The notes below the pieces were generated by a model. It was given only the letters and a program-made list of their open reading frames with translations. It did not search any database and was not told the DNA's origin. From a virus (taxonomy: Duplodnaviria > Heunggongvirae > Uroviricota > Caudoviricetes), in IMG/VR virus record IMGVR_UViG_2541047849_000006: a stretch of 13,764 bases of DNA; one strand, given 5' to 3'. The position numbers and the translations under genes are program-made. Shown one piece after another: positions 7,437 through 13,764 of the stretch; position 1 is the first letter of the stretch, and each line of letters opens with the position of its first letter.

Positions 7437-7858
7437 CGTCTTTTATTTCGTGGTATGAGTAATTGCAGTAGTTAAAGAAAATTTCTTATGCTCCGTCATG
7501 AATTTCCTCAGGTGTTGCGTCATCGTCCACTTCGAATACATCCTCAAAATCTCCACCAGCTATTCCCGTTTCAATAATAATTTTGAACTTTCGCATTTCA
7601 CTACCGCCCTTTCGGGCGGCCTCCTGATGTTCTGAGGGTGCAGAAATCCATCCGGTTAAGGATTAAATTTTATTTACAGAACTGAATTTAATTATTCAGA
7701 TATACGTATCTGTAGCCTTACGAATCTACTCACTGGATGCCTCTTTCATAAAAATAATCCAGTGGGTTTTATCGTTTTTTCCCTGTTCGTTGACAGATAA
7801 CAGGTTTTCTGTCTGTCAGTGCCAGAATCTGGCTTACCGGTATTTGCGTTTCATTCCA

Positions 7859-8215
7859 TTAAAAAATCAGAACGCCGTGCGGCCTCAACACCCGAAAGGC
7901 TTCTTTAAATCTCTGTCGCGAATCATCACGCCAGGCATCTTTATTCAGCCGTCCATATTTCTTTCCCATCCAGGCGTTATCACCAACACTCTCAAGATGC
8001 GGAGGGTCTAATACAACCATCGAAAAAGATGCGTCTGCAAATGATAATGCACGAAAATCTGCGATAATGTCAGGGCTGATAATCAAGCGTCTCCCATTGC
8101 GTAATGTGTATCCTTCTTTTCTGATATCGCTGAATATCGCCCGTTCGTCAGACTTATCGAACCAGAACATGCGGCTGCCACAGCACATATCAAGAATGGT
8201 TGCCGGTGCACTCAC
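7859..8215 (-). CDS. Small SAM-dependent DNA (N6-adenine/N4-cytosine-type) methyltransferase ORF (118 aa), possibly N-terminally incomplete
   Basis: Motif I-like 'LDMCCGS' (res 8-14) and motif IV 'DPPH' (res 70-73, nt 8008..7997) with RsmD/N6-MTase-like spacing. The start is a GTG at 8215 overlapping the upstream ORF's stop (GTGA); the first in-frame ATG is at residue 10. Confidence 0.6.
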   Translation of the reverse strand: MSAPATILDMCCGSRMFWFDKSDERAIFSDIRKEGYTLRNGRRLIISPDIIADFRALSFADASFSMVVLDPPHLESVGDNAWMGKKYGRLNKDAWRDDSRQRFKEAFRVLRPHGVLIF

Positions 8216-8586
8216 TGCGCCACGTCCTGAAAATTACCCTGATAGAAAGCCAGTATGCGCTGCATAACTTCGCTCTTCCGGCACTCGCGACAGATTATGT
8301 TTAGGCGACTGTCGTAGCGACGTATTTCTCCGTCAGGTGATGACCAGATAAGGTCCGGATCAACCACAGCAGGTTTCTTCACCTTTGCCCTCGAGAGTTT
8401 TTTGCGGGCGTTTTGCCAGTCCTTACGCGCCTGTTCAGAGGGGAATAACCCGTAGCCGGAGTTGTATACATCGCCACTGGCTACCAGCTCTCTGGCAAGA
8501 ACGCTCATCAGATATCTAGTCGCACCTGTTTTAGCTTCCAGTTGCCGTAACGTCTCACGGCCGCTCTGGCGCACGAGTTCCACCAC
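8212..8586 (-). CDS. Hypothetical early protein (124 aa from GTG); possibly the distal part of a ~140-codon gene interrupted by an amber codon
   Basis: The track ORF begins at a GTG immediately after an in-frame TAG (8589..8587). The same frame is open upstream to a GTG at 8634 with SD 'aaggggg' (MAKVFTQEEREKIKW-TAG-VVELVRQSGRETLRQLEAKTG...). Product not recognised. Confidence 0.4.
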   Translation of the reverse strand: MVELVRQSGRETLRQLEAKTGATRYLMSVLARELVASGDVYNSGYGLFPSEQARKDWQNARKKLSRAKVKKPAVVDPDLIWSSPDGEIRRYDSRLNIICRECRKSEVMQRILAFYQGNFQDVAQ

Positions 8587-8674
8587 CTACCATTTAATTT
8601 TTTCCCGCTCTTCTTGTGTAAAAACTTTTGCCACAAGTCCCCCTTAAAATTACCTCATGACCTGAAATCAACAC

Positions 8675-9202
8675 TTATCCTCTGAAACCAGGCGGAATTT
8701 CTGTATCCGGTTCAGAAATATGATTAACACAACGCTGTACAGGTGAACGTCCCAGGCGGATGACCAGTTCGTCCCATTTTTCGCGGAGCTTTGACGGGCT
8801 CATGATGTTTTTTACCCAGAATGGATCTCGCTGAACCCGACCAAACATTTCGCAAATTTGTCTGTGGCTTCTGCCATCCAGCATCCGCATTGTGCGCACG
8901 TCATTGGCCCAGGCAGTCCAGTTAGCCTCCATAATTGCAGGCACTAGCGCCGTGAACTTTTCACGCTTATCCCTGGTGTCGATAGCCTTCCAGCGTTCAA
9001 ATATCTTCACTCGATTAACGCCAAGCGCTCGCTGATCAATCGCGCCACCTTCATATGTGACACGCTGAACATCGATGTTCGGGCGCTCTTTCAAAGCCCA
9101 GAATGCTTCAGTGATTAATATCGTCGCCTGCTCCTGTGTCATTCCTGGTCGACATATCCAGGCATCCAGAGCCTCACGAGCCTGTTCAGGAGTGATTTTC
9201 AT
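8675..9202 (-). CDS. Hypothetical prophage early protein (175 aa), first gene downstream of dicC
   Basis: ATG start at 9202, overlapping the dicC 3' end by 17 nt. Product MKITPEQAREALDAWICRPGMTQEQATILITEAFWALKERPNIDV... not recognised. It occupies the position of the first post-Cro gene in lambdoid early-right operons. Confidence 0.6.
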   Translation of the reverse strand: MKITPEQAREALDAWICRPGMTQEQATILITEAFWALKERPNIDVQRVTYEGGAIDQRALGVNRVKIFERWKAIDTRDKREKFTALVPAIMEANWTAWANDVRTMRMLDGRSHRQICEMFGRVQRDPFWVKNIMSPSKLREKWDELVIRLGRSPVQRCVNHISEPDTEIPPGFRG

Positions 9203-9416
9203 TGTTCAACCGCCCCGCCCGCTTCGTCTTACGATATTCATCATAAACTTTGGGATCATACTGAAGCTCCCCGCCAGATGCCTCCTGTAGACGCATCGCG
9301 CGACCTTCGGGAACTAAATCCCCTTTCCAGCTATAAAGCGAAGCCAAACGAATACCTGCTGCTTGTGCAAGTTTTGTTTTTGAACCGAAATACAAAAGAG
9401 CGTCAGTTTTAAGCAT
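9186..9416 (-). CDS. dicC: DicC, Cro-like regulator of the Qin immunity region (76 aa)
   Basis: Protein MLKTDALLYFGSKTKLAQAAGIRLASLYSWKGDLVPEGRAMRLQEASGGELQYDPKVYDEYRKTKRAGRLNNENHS recognised as DicC; divergent from dicA; SD 'aaggtg' upstream. Confidence 0.85.
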   Translation of the reverse strand: MLKTDALLYFGSKTKLAQAAGIRLASLYSWKGDLVPEGRAMRLQEASGGELQYDPKVYDEYRKTKRAGRLNNENHS

Positions 9417-9430
9417 TTAAAACACCTTTA

Positions 9431-9450
9431 TTGTTAGTCATAACTAACAA
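9431..9450. promoter_or_regulatory. Operator-like 20-bp near-palindrome in the dicC/dicA intergenic region
   Basis: 'ttgttagtcataactaacaa', with half-sites TTAGT / ACTAA and one central mismatch. It overlaps the predicted dicC -10 and transcript start. Confidence 0.6.
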
Positions 9451-9477
9451 GATAGATGTTAACAAAAACATAGTCAA
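9449..9477 (-). promoter_or_regulatory. Candidate sigma-70 promoter of dicC
   Basis: Minus strand -35 'ttgact' (9477..9472), 17-nt spacer, -10 'tatctt' (9454..9449). Confidence 0.5.
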
Positions 9478-9483
9478 TACGAT

Positions 9484-9497
9484 TTAGCATTAGCTAA
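9484..9497. promoter_or_regulatory. Second operator-like site abutting the dicA start codon
   Basis: 'ttagcattagctaa': inverted half-sites TTAGC / GCTAA, ending 3 nt before the dicA ATG. dicA has no recognisable SD, so the transcript may be leaderless. Confidence 0.4.
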
Positions 9498-9499
9498 CT

Positions 9500-9907
9500 A
9501 TGGAAACAAAAAATTTAACTATCGGCGAACGCATCAGGTATCGTCGGAAAAACCTCAAACACACCCAAAGGTCTCTTGCTAAAGCCCTGAAAATCTCCCA
9601 TGTGTCTGTATCACAATGGGAACGGGGTGATAGTGAACCTACAGGGAAGAACCTTTTTGCCCTCAGCAAAGTATTGCAATGCTCACCAACATGGATTCTA
9701 TTTGGCGATGAAGACAAGCAACCAACACCACCTGTTGAGAAGCCAGTTGCCTTATCCCCCAAAGAACTAGAGCTCCTTGAGCTGTTTAATGCACTGCCAG
9801 AATCAGAACAGGATACCCAGCTCGCCGAAATGCGAGCTCGAGTAAAAAACTTCAATAAACTCTTTGAAGAATTACTAAAAGCCCGTCAGCGGACAAATAA
9901 AAGATAA
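9500..9907 (+). CDS. dicA: DicA, CI/C2-like HTH repressor (135 aa)
   Basis: Protein METKNLTIGERIRYRRKNLKHTQRSLAKALKISHVSVSQWERGDSEPTGKNLFALSKVLQCSPTWILFGDEDK... recognised as DicA (Xre-type HTH). Confidence 0.9.
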   Translation: METKNLTIGERIRYRRKNLKHTQRSLAKALKISHVSVSQWERGDSEPTGKNLFALSKVLQCSPTWILFGDEDKQPTPPVEKPVALSPKELELLELFNALPESEQDTQLAEMRARVKNFNKLFEELLKARQRTNKR

Positions 9908-9967
9908 CATCATCAATGAGTTATCTTTTACCACATCAATTATGTTAGCTATAGCATACAAAATCAC

Positions 9968-9996
9968 TTGACCGATATGTTAGTCATGACTAATCT
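9968..9996 (+). promoter_or_regulatory. Candidate promoter with an embedded perfect 14-bp palindromic operator (OL-like) upstream of the large exonuclease-domain ORF
   Basis: -35 'ttgacc' (9968-9973), 17-nt spacer, -10 'taatct' (9991-9996). The perfect palindrome 'ttagtcatgactaa' (9980-9993) has the same TTAGT/ACTAA half-sites as the dicC/dicA operator. Confidence 0.55.
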
Positions 9997-10079
9997 TGTT
10001 TGCATCAACACACCGCACGGTGTTCTCAGCAAACAGTTCCGCTATGGTTATTAGCGCACAGGAATTGTTGCAGGAAGAC

Positions 10080-12125
10080 ATGGCAACATTCGACGGACAT
10101 ATCGTTGAAGCGTTGATGAAAATGCCAGAAGTTAACGCCATGTATCCGGAGCTTAAGTTGCACGCCATTGGGTGGGTTAAGCATAAATGTATTCCTGGTG
10201 CTAAATGGCCCGAAATTCAGGCAGAGATGCGCATCTGGAAAAAACGTCGCGAAGGTGAACGCAAGGAAACCGGAAAATACACGTCTGTTGTTGATCTCGC
10301 CCGCGCCAGAGCCAATCAACAGTACACTGAAAATTCAACAGGAAAAATCAGCCCGGTCATTGCTGCCATTCATCGCGAATACAAGCAGACATGGAAAACA
10401 CTGGATGACGAACTGGCCTACGCTCTCTGGCCTAGTGATGTGGATGCCGGAAACATTGACGGCAGCATCCATCGCTGGGCAAAAAAAGAAGTTATCGACA
10501 ACGACCGCGAAGACTGGAAGCGTATCTCGGCATCAATGCGCAAACAGCCTGATGCCCTTCGCTACGACCGCCAAACTATTTTTGGCCTTGTCCGTGAGCG
10601 TCCGATCGACATTCACAAAGATCCCGTAGCACTGAACAAATATATCTGCGAATACCTGACGACAAAGGGCGTGTTTGAGAATGAAGAAACAGACCTGGGC
10701 ACTGTTGATGTTCTCCAGTCATCAGAAACACAAACTGATGCAGTGGAAACTGAGGTATCTGATATCCCAAAAAATGAAACCGCGCCGGAAGCTGAACCAT
10801 CTGTAGAGCGTGAGGGGCCGTTCTATTTCCTCTTCGCAGATAAGGACGGAGAAAAATACGGTCGCGCAAACAAACTCTCTGGTCTGGATAAGGCACTGGC
10901 TGCTGGCGCCACTGAAATCACAAAAGAAGAATATTTTGCCCGAAAAAATGGCACATACACGGGCTTACCGCAAAATGTAGATACCGCTGAAGATTCAGAA
11001 CAACCAGAGCCGATAAAAGTTACCGCTGACGAAGTAAACAAAATTATGCAGGCAGCCAATATCAGCCAGCCTGACGCCGATAAGTTGCTTGCTGCATCAC
11101 GTGGTGAATTTGTTGAAGGGATTAGTGACCCGAATGATCCGAAATGGGTTAAGGGGCTCCAGACCCGCGATTCTGTGAACCAGAACCAGCATGAATCGGA
11201 ACGGAACTACCAAAAAGCGGAACAAAACAGTCCAAATGCGTTACAAAACGAGCCAGAAACGAAACAGCCTGAACCAGTAGCGCAACAGGAAGTGGAAAAA
11301 GTCTGCACCGCCTGCGGTCAGACCGGCGGCGGCAACTGCCATGATTGTGGCGCGGTGATGGGCGACGCAACATACCAAGAAACATTCGATGAAGAGTATC
11401 AGGTTGAAGTTCAGGAAGATGATCCGGAGGAAATGGAAGGCGCTGAACATCCACACAAGGAGAACACTGGCGGCAATCAGCATCACAATAGCGATAATGA
11501 AACTGGCGAGACGGCAGATCACCCAATTAAGGTGAACGGTCATCACGAAATCACATCCACCAGCAGGACGTGTGACCATCTAATGATCGACCTTGAAACC
11601 ATGGGAAAAAATCCTGATGCCCCGATCATCTCAATAGGTGCAATATTTTTCGATCCGCAAACCGGAGATATGGGACCGGAATTTAGTAAGACTATCGATC
11701 TGGAAACTGCTGGCGGAGTCATTGATCGGGACACCATTAAATGGTGGCTTAAGCAATCACGCGAAGCGCAATCTGCCATTATGACCGATGAAATCCCGTT
11801 AGATGATGCACTGTTACAATTGCGAGAATTTATCGACGAAAACTCCGGTGAATTTTTTGTTCAGGTTTGGGGAAATGGAGCCAACTTCGACAACACGATT
11901 TTGCGCCGTTCATACGAACGGCAGGGGATCCCCTGCCCGTGGCGTTACTACAACGATCGCGATGTACGCACAATCGTTGAGCTGGGGAAAGCCATAGACT
12001 TCGATGCCAGAACGGCTATTCCATTCGAAGGTGAGCGCCATAATGCACTTGATGACGCCCGTTACCAGGCAAAATACGTTTCAGTTATCTGGCAAAAACT
12101 GATCCCGAGTCAGGCTGATTCTTAA
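10080..12125 (+). CDS. Large early-left protein: unknown N-terminal domain, acidic low-complexity linker, CxxC..CxxC zinc ribbon, and a C-terminal DnaQ-like (DEDDh) 3'-5' exonuclease domain
   Basis: The track ORF (9996..12125, 709 aa) starts at TTG; the ATG at 10080 with SD 'aggaag' gives 681 aa. Zinc ribbon 'CTACGQTGGGNCHDCG' at ~11304-11352. Exo motifs 'MIDLETMG' (D/E at 11589-11597), 'WGNGANFDNTIL' (D at 11889) and 'HNALDDARY' (H at 12039) place the exonuclease domain at ~11570-12100. Confidence 0.8.
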   Translation: MATFDGHIVEALMKMPEVNAMYPELKLHAIGWVKHKCIPGAKWPEIQAEMRIWKKRREGERKETGKYTSVVDLARARANQQYTENSTGKISPVIAAIHREYKQTWKTLDDELAYALWPSDVDAGNIDGSIHRWAKKEVIDNDREDWKRISASMRKQPDALRYDRQTIFGLVRERPIDIHKDPVALNKYICEYLTTKGVFENEETDLGTVDVLQSSETQTDAVETEVSDIPKNETAPEAEPSVEREGPFYFLFADKDGEKYGRANKLSGLDKALAAGATEITKEEYFARKNGTYTGLPQNVDTAEDSEQPEPIKVTADEVNKIMQAANISQPDADKLLAASRGEFVEGISDPNDPKWVKGLQTRDSVNQNQHESERNYQKAEQNSPNALQNEPETKQPEPVAQQEVEKVCTACGQTGGGNCHDCGAVMGDATYQETFDEEYQVEVQEDDPEEMEGAEHPHKENTGGNQHHNSDNETGETADHPIKVNGHHEITSTSRTCDHLMIDLETMGKNPDAPIISIGAIFFDPQTGDMGPEFSKTIDLETAGGVIDRDTIKWWLKQSREAQSAIMTDEIPLDDALLQLREFIDENSGEFFVQVWGNGANFDNTILRRSYERQGIPCPWRYYNDRDVRTIVELGKAIDFDARTAIPFEGERHNALDDARYQAKYVSVIWQKLIPSQADS

Positions 12126-12136
12126 TGTTCAACTGT

Positions 12137-12168
12137 CGCCGGTTGTGACTGGTATTCTGCAACCGGCG
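12137..12168 (+). other. Perfect 9-bp inverted repeat (hairpin) between the exonuclease-domain gene and xis
   Basis: 'cgccggttg' (12137-12145), 14-nt loop, 'caaccggcg' (12160-12168). No T-tract follows, so it is not a canonical intrinsic terminator. Confidence 0.4.
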
Positions 12169-12197
12169 CTCGTCTGATGTAAGAGATAAAGAAATCG

Positions 12198-12449
12198 ATG
12201 AGCGAAGTAATCATGATTGTCTCTCCCGGCAAATGGGTATCCGAAGAGCAGTTAATTGCGCTGAAAGGAATAAAAAAAGGTACGTTAAAAAAGGCCCGGG
12301 AAAAATCGTTTATGGAAGGAAGGGAATATAAGCATGTCGCTCATGACGGTATGCCATGGGATAACAGTCCATGCTTTTACAACCTGGAAGAAATTGATCG
12401 CTGGATTGAGCGCCAGGCATCAGCGAGACCAAGACGTCATCTTACTTGA
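12198..12449 (+). CDS. xis: Excisionase (lambda Xis-like, 83 aa)
   Basis: Small basic protein immediately upstream of the integrase; '..EGREYKHV..' resembles the lambda Xis '..DGREYLFHE..' motif. The start is not certain (alternative ATG at 12213). Confidence 0.65.
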   Translation: MSEVIMIVSPGKWVSEEQLIALKGIKKGTLKKAREKSFMEGREYKHVAHDGMPWDNSPCFYNLEEIDRWIERQASARPRRHLT

Positions 12450-12483
12450 CTAAAAGCCACACTAACTAATGAGAGAAGTTGAA

Positions 12484-13764
12484 ATGAAATATCCGACAGG
12501 CGTGGAAAACCATGGAGGGAAATTACGTATCTGGTTTGTTTATAAAGACGTAAGAGTCAGGGAAAATCTGGGGGTTCCTGACACAGCAAAAAACAGGCGC
12601 GTTGCAGGTGAACTACGCTCCTCTGTTTGTTACGCAATAAAAACTGGTGTTTTCGACTATGCAAAACAGTTTCCCTCCTCACGCAATCTGGAAAAATTTG
12701 GTGAGGCCCGACAAGATTTAACCATAAAAGAACTGGCTGAAAAATTTCTGGCACTGAAAGAAACTGAAGTCGCAAAAACATCACTCAACACATACCGTGC
12801 CGTCATCAAAAATATCCTGAGCATAATCGGTGAAAAAAATCTTGCCTCATCGATTAATAAAGAAAAATTACTGGAGGTTCGTAAAGAGTTACTGACTGGA
12901 TACCAGATCCCCAAAAGTAACTATATTGTTACACAACCAGGGAGATCGGCTGTAACTGTAATTAATTACATGACAAATCTTAACGCCGTGTTCCAGTTTG
13001 GTGTTGATAACGGTTACCTGGCAGATAATCCGTTTAAGGGGATCTCGCCATTAAAGGAATCAAGAACCATTCCGGATCCTCTTTCGCGGGAAGAATTTAT
13101 CCGTCTTATCGATGCGTGCAGAAATCAGCAAGCAAAAAATTTATGGTGTGTTTCTGTTTATACTGGCGTTCGCCCTGGTGAGCTGTGTGCACTTGGATGG
13201 GAGGACATAGATCTGAAAAATGGAACAATGATGATCAGGAGAAATTTAGCAAAAGACCGTTTCACGGTACCAAAAACACAGGCGGGAACCAATCGGGTCA
13301 TTCATCTTATTAAGCCAGCAATCGACGCTCTCCGGAGTCAGATGACATTAACGAGACTGAGCAAAGAGCATATCATTGATGTTCACCTCAGAGAGTATGG
13401 CAGAACAGAAAAACAAAAATGCACCTTTGTTTTTCAACCTGAAGTGTCAGCGAGAGTAAAAAATTATGGTGACCATTTTACCGTTGACTCAATAAGGCAG
13501 ATGTGGGACGCAGCGATAAAACGTGCCGGACTCCGCCATCGAAAATCATATCAGTCGAGACATACTTATGCCTGCTGGTCGCTGACAGCTGGTGCTAACC
13601 CGGCATTTATAGCAAACCAGATGGGCCATGCAGATGCGCAAATGGTATTTCAGGTATACGGAAAATGGATGTCTGAAAACAATAATGCACAGGTAGCTTT
13701 GTTAAATACACAGTTAAGCGAGTTTGCCCCAACCATGCCCCATAACGAAGCAATGAAAAATTAA
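12484..13764 (+). CDS. int: Tyrosine recombinase / phage integrase (lambda Int family)
   Basis: C-terminal catalytic signature '..RHRKSYQSRHTYACWSLTAGANPAFIANQMGHADAQMVFQVYGKW' (R, H-x-x-R-H, nucleophile Y). Probable start at MKYPTG (12484, SD 'gagaag'); the track ORF starts at 12469. The stop codon is the last triplet of the window. Confidence 0.9.
   Translation: MKYPTGVENHGGKLRIWFVYKDVRVRENLGVPDTAKNRRVAGELRSSVCYAIKTGVFDYAKQFPSSRNLEKFGEARQDLTIKELAEKFLALKETEVAKTSLNTYRAVIKNILSIIGEKNLASSINKEKLLEVRKELLTGYQIPKSNYIVTQPGRSAVTVINYMTNLNAVFQFGVDNGYLADNPFKGISPLKESRTIPDPLSREEFIRLIDACRNQQAKNLWCVSVYTGVRPGELCALGWEDIDLKNGTMMIRRNLAKDRFTVPKTQAGTNRVIHLIKPAIDALRSQMTLTRLSKEHIIDVHLREYGRTEKQKCTFVFQPEVSARVKNYGDHFTVDSIRQMWDAAIKRAGLRHRKSYQSRHTYACWSLTAGANPAFIANQMGHADAQMVFQVYGKWMSENNNAQVALLNTQLSEFAPTMPHNEAMKN

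Noticed and set aside
7075-8011. Plus-strand ORFs 7075..7302 and 7790..8011
   Set aside because: Antisense to the amber-interrupted minus-strand ORFs and to the methyltransferase ORF respectively; no start signals.
9075-9855. ORFs 9075..9290 (+) and 9490..9855 (-)
   Set aside because: Antisense to the 175-aa gene/dicC and to dicA respectively.
9908-10080. Looked for the DicF sRNA and dicB downstream of dicA
   Set aside because: No sequence resembling the ~53-nt DicF RNA or the DicB protein, as I recall them, is present; this region holds the operator/promoter of the large ORF instead.
9980-11997. Multiple ORFs inside or antisense to the large exonuclease-domain gene (9980..10168 -, 10026..10319 -, 10168..10629 +, 10576..10896 -, 10823..11059 -, 11149..11526 -, 11241..11579 -, 11543..11779 -, 11803..11997 +)
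   Set aside because: All lie within the single long plus-strand frame that carries coherent domain motifs; none has independent support.
12557-12914. Minus-strand ORFs 12557..12784 and 12657..12914
   Set aside because: Antisense within the integrase gene.
1-13764. tRNA genes, rRNA and CRISPR arrays
   Set aside because: No cloverleaf-compatible segments with GTTCGA-type T-loops and no regularly spaced direct repeats were seen; any attachment site or tRNA would lie beyond the integrase, outside the window.

Overview
This window is a segment of a decayed lambdoid (Qin-like) prophage from an Escherichia/Shigella-type genome, read from the late-gene side to the integrase. All names come from recognising the translated proteins and motifs by eye; no database search or alignment was run. 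Left to right: a partial IS1 (cut by the window edge) inserted into a lambda-Q-like antiterminator gene; ydfU (DUF968, HNH-like motif) and rem; the hokD-relE-relB toxin-antitoxin cluster with its operator and terminator; flxA with a near-consensus sigma-28 promoter; a second IS carrying a 437-aa DDE (rve-type) transposase; an AT-rich stretch with a small two-helix membrane protein gene and short ORFs broken by in-frame amber codons; a small DNA methyltransferase ORF and two further early ORFs; and the divergent dicC/dicA switch with three related palindromic operators. Where I recall K-12 Qin carrying the dicB/dicF operon, this window instead has one large ORF (681-709 aa) with an acidic linker, a CxxC..CxxC zinc ribbon and a C-terminal DnaQ-like DEDDh 3'-5' exonuclease domain, followed by excisionase and a tyrosine integrase ending at the window edge. 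That large ORF is the best candidate for something undescribed. No rRNA, tRNA or CRISPR array was seen. The ORF track accepts GTG/TTG starts, so several track ORFs are over-extended and I adjusted starts where the sequence supports it.
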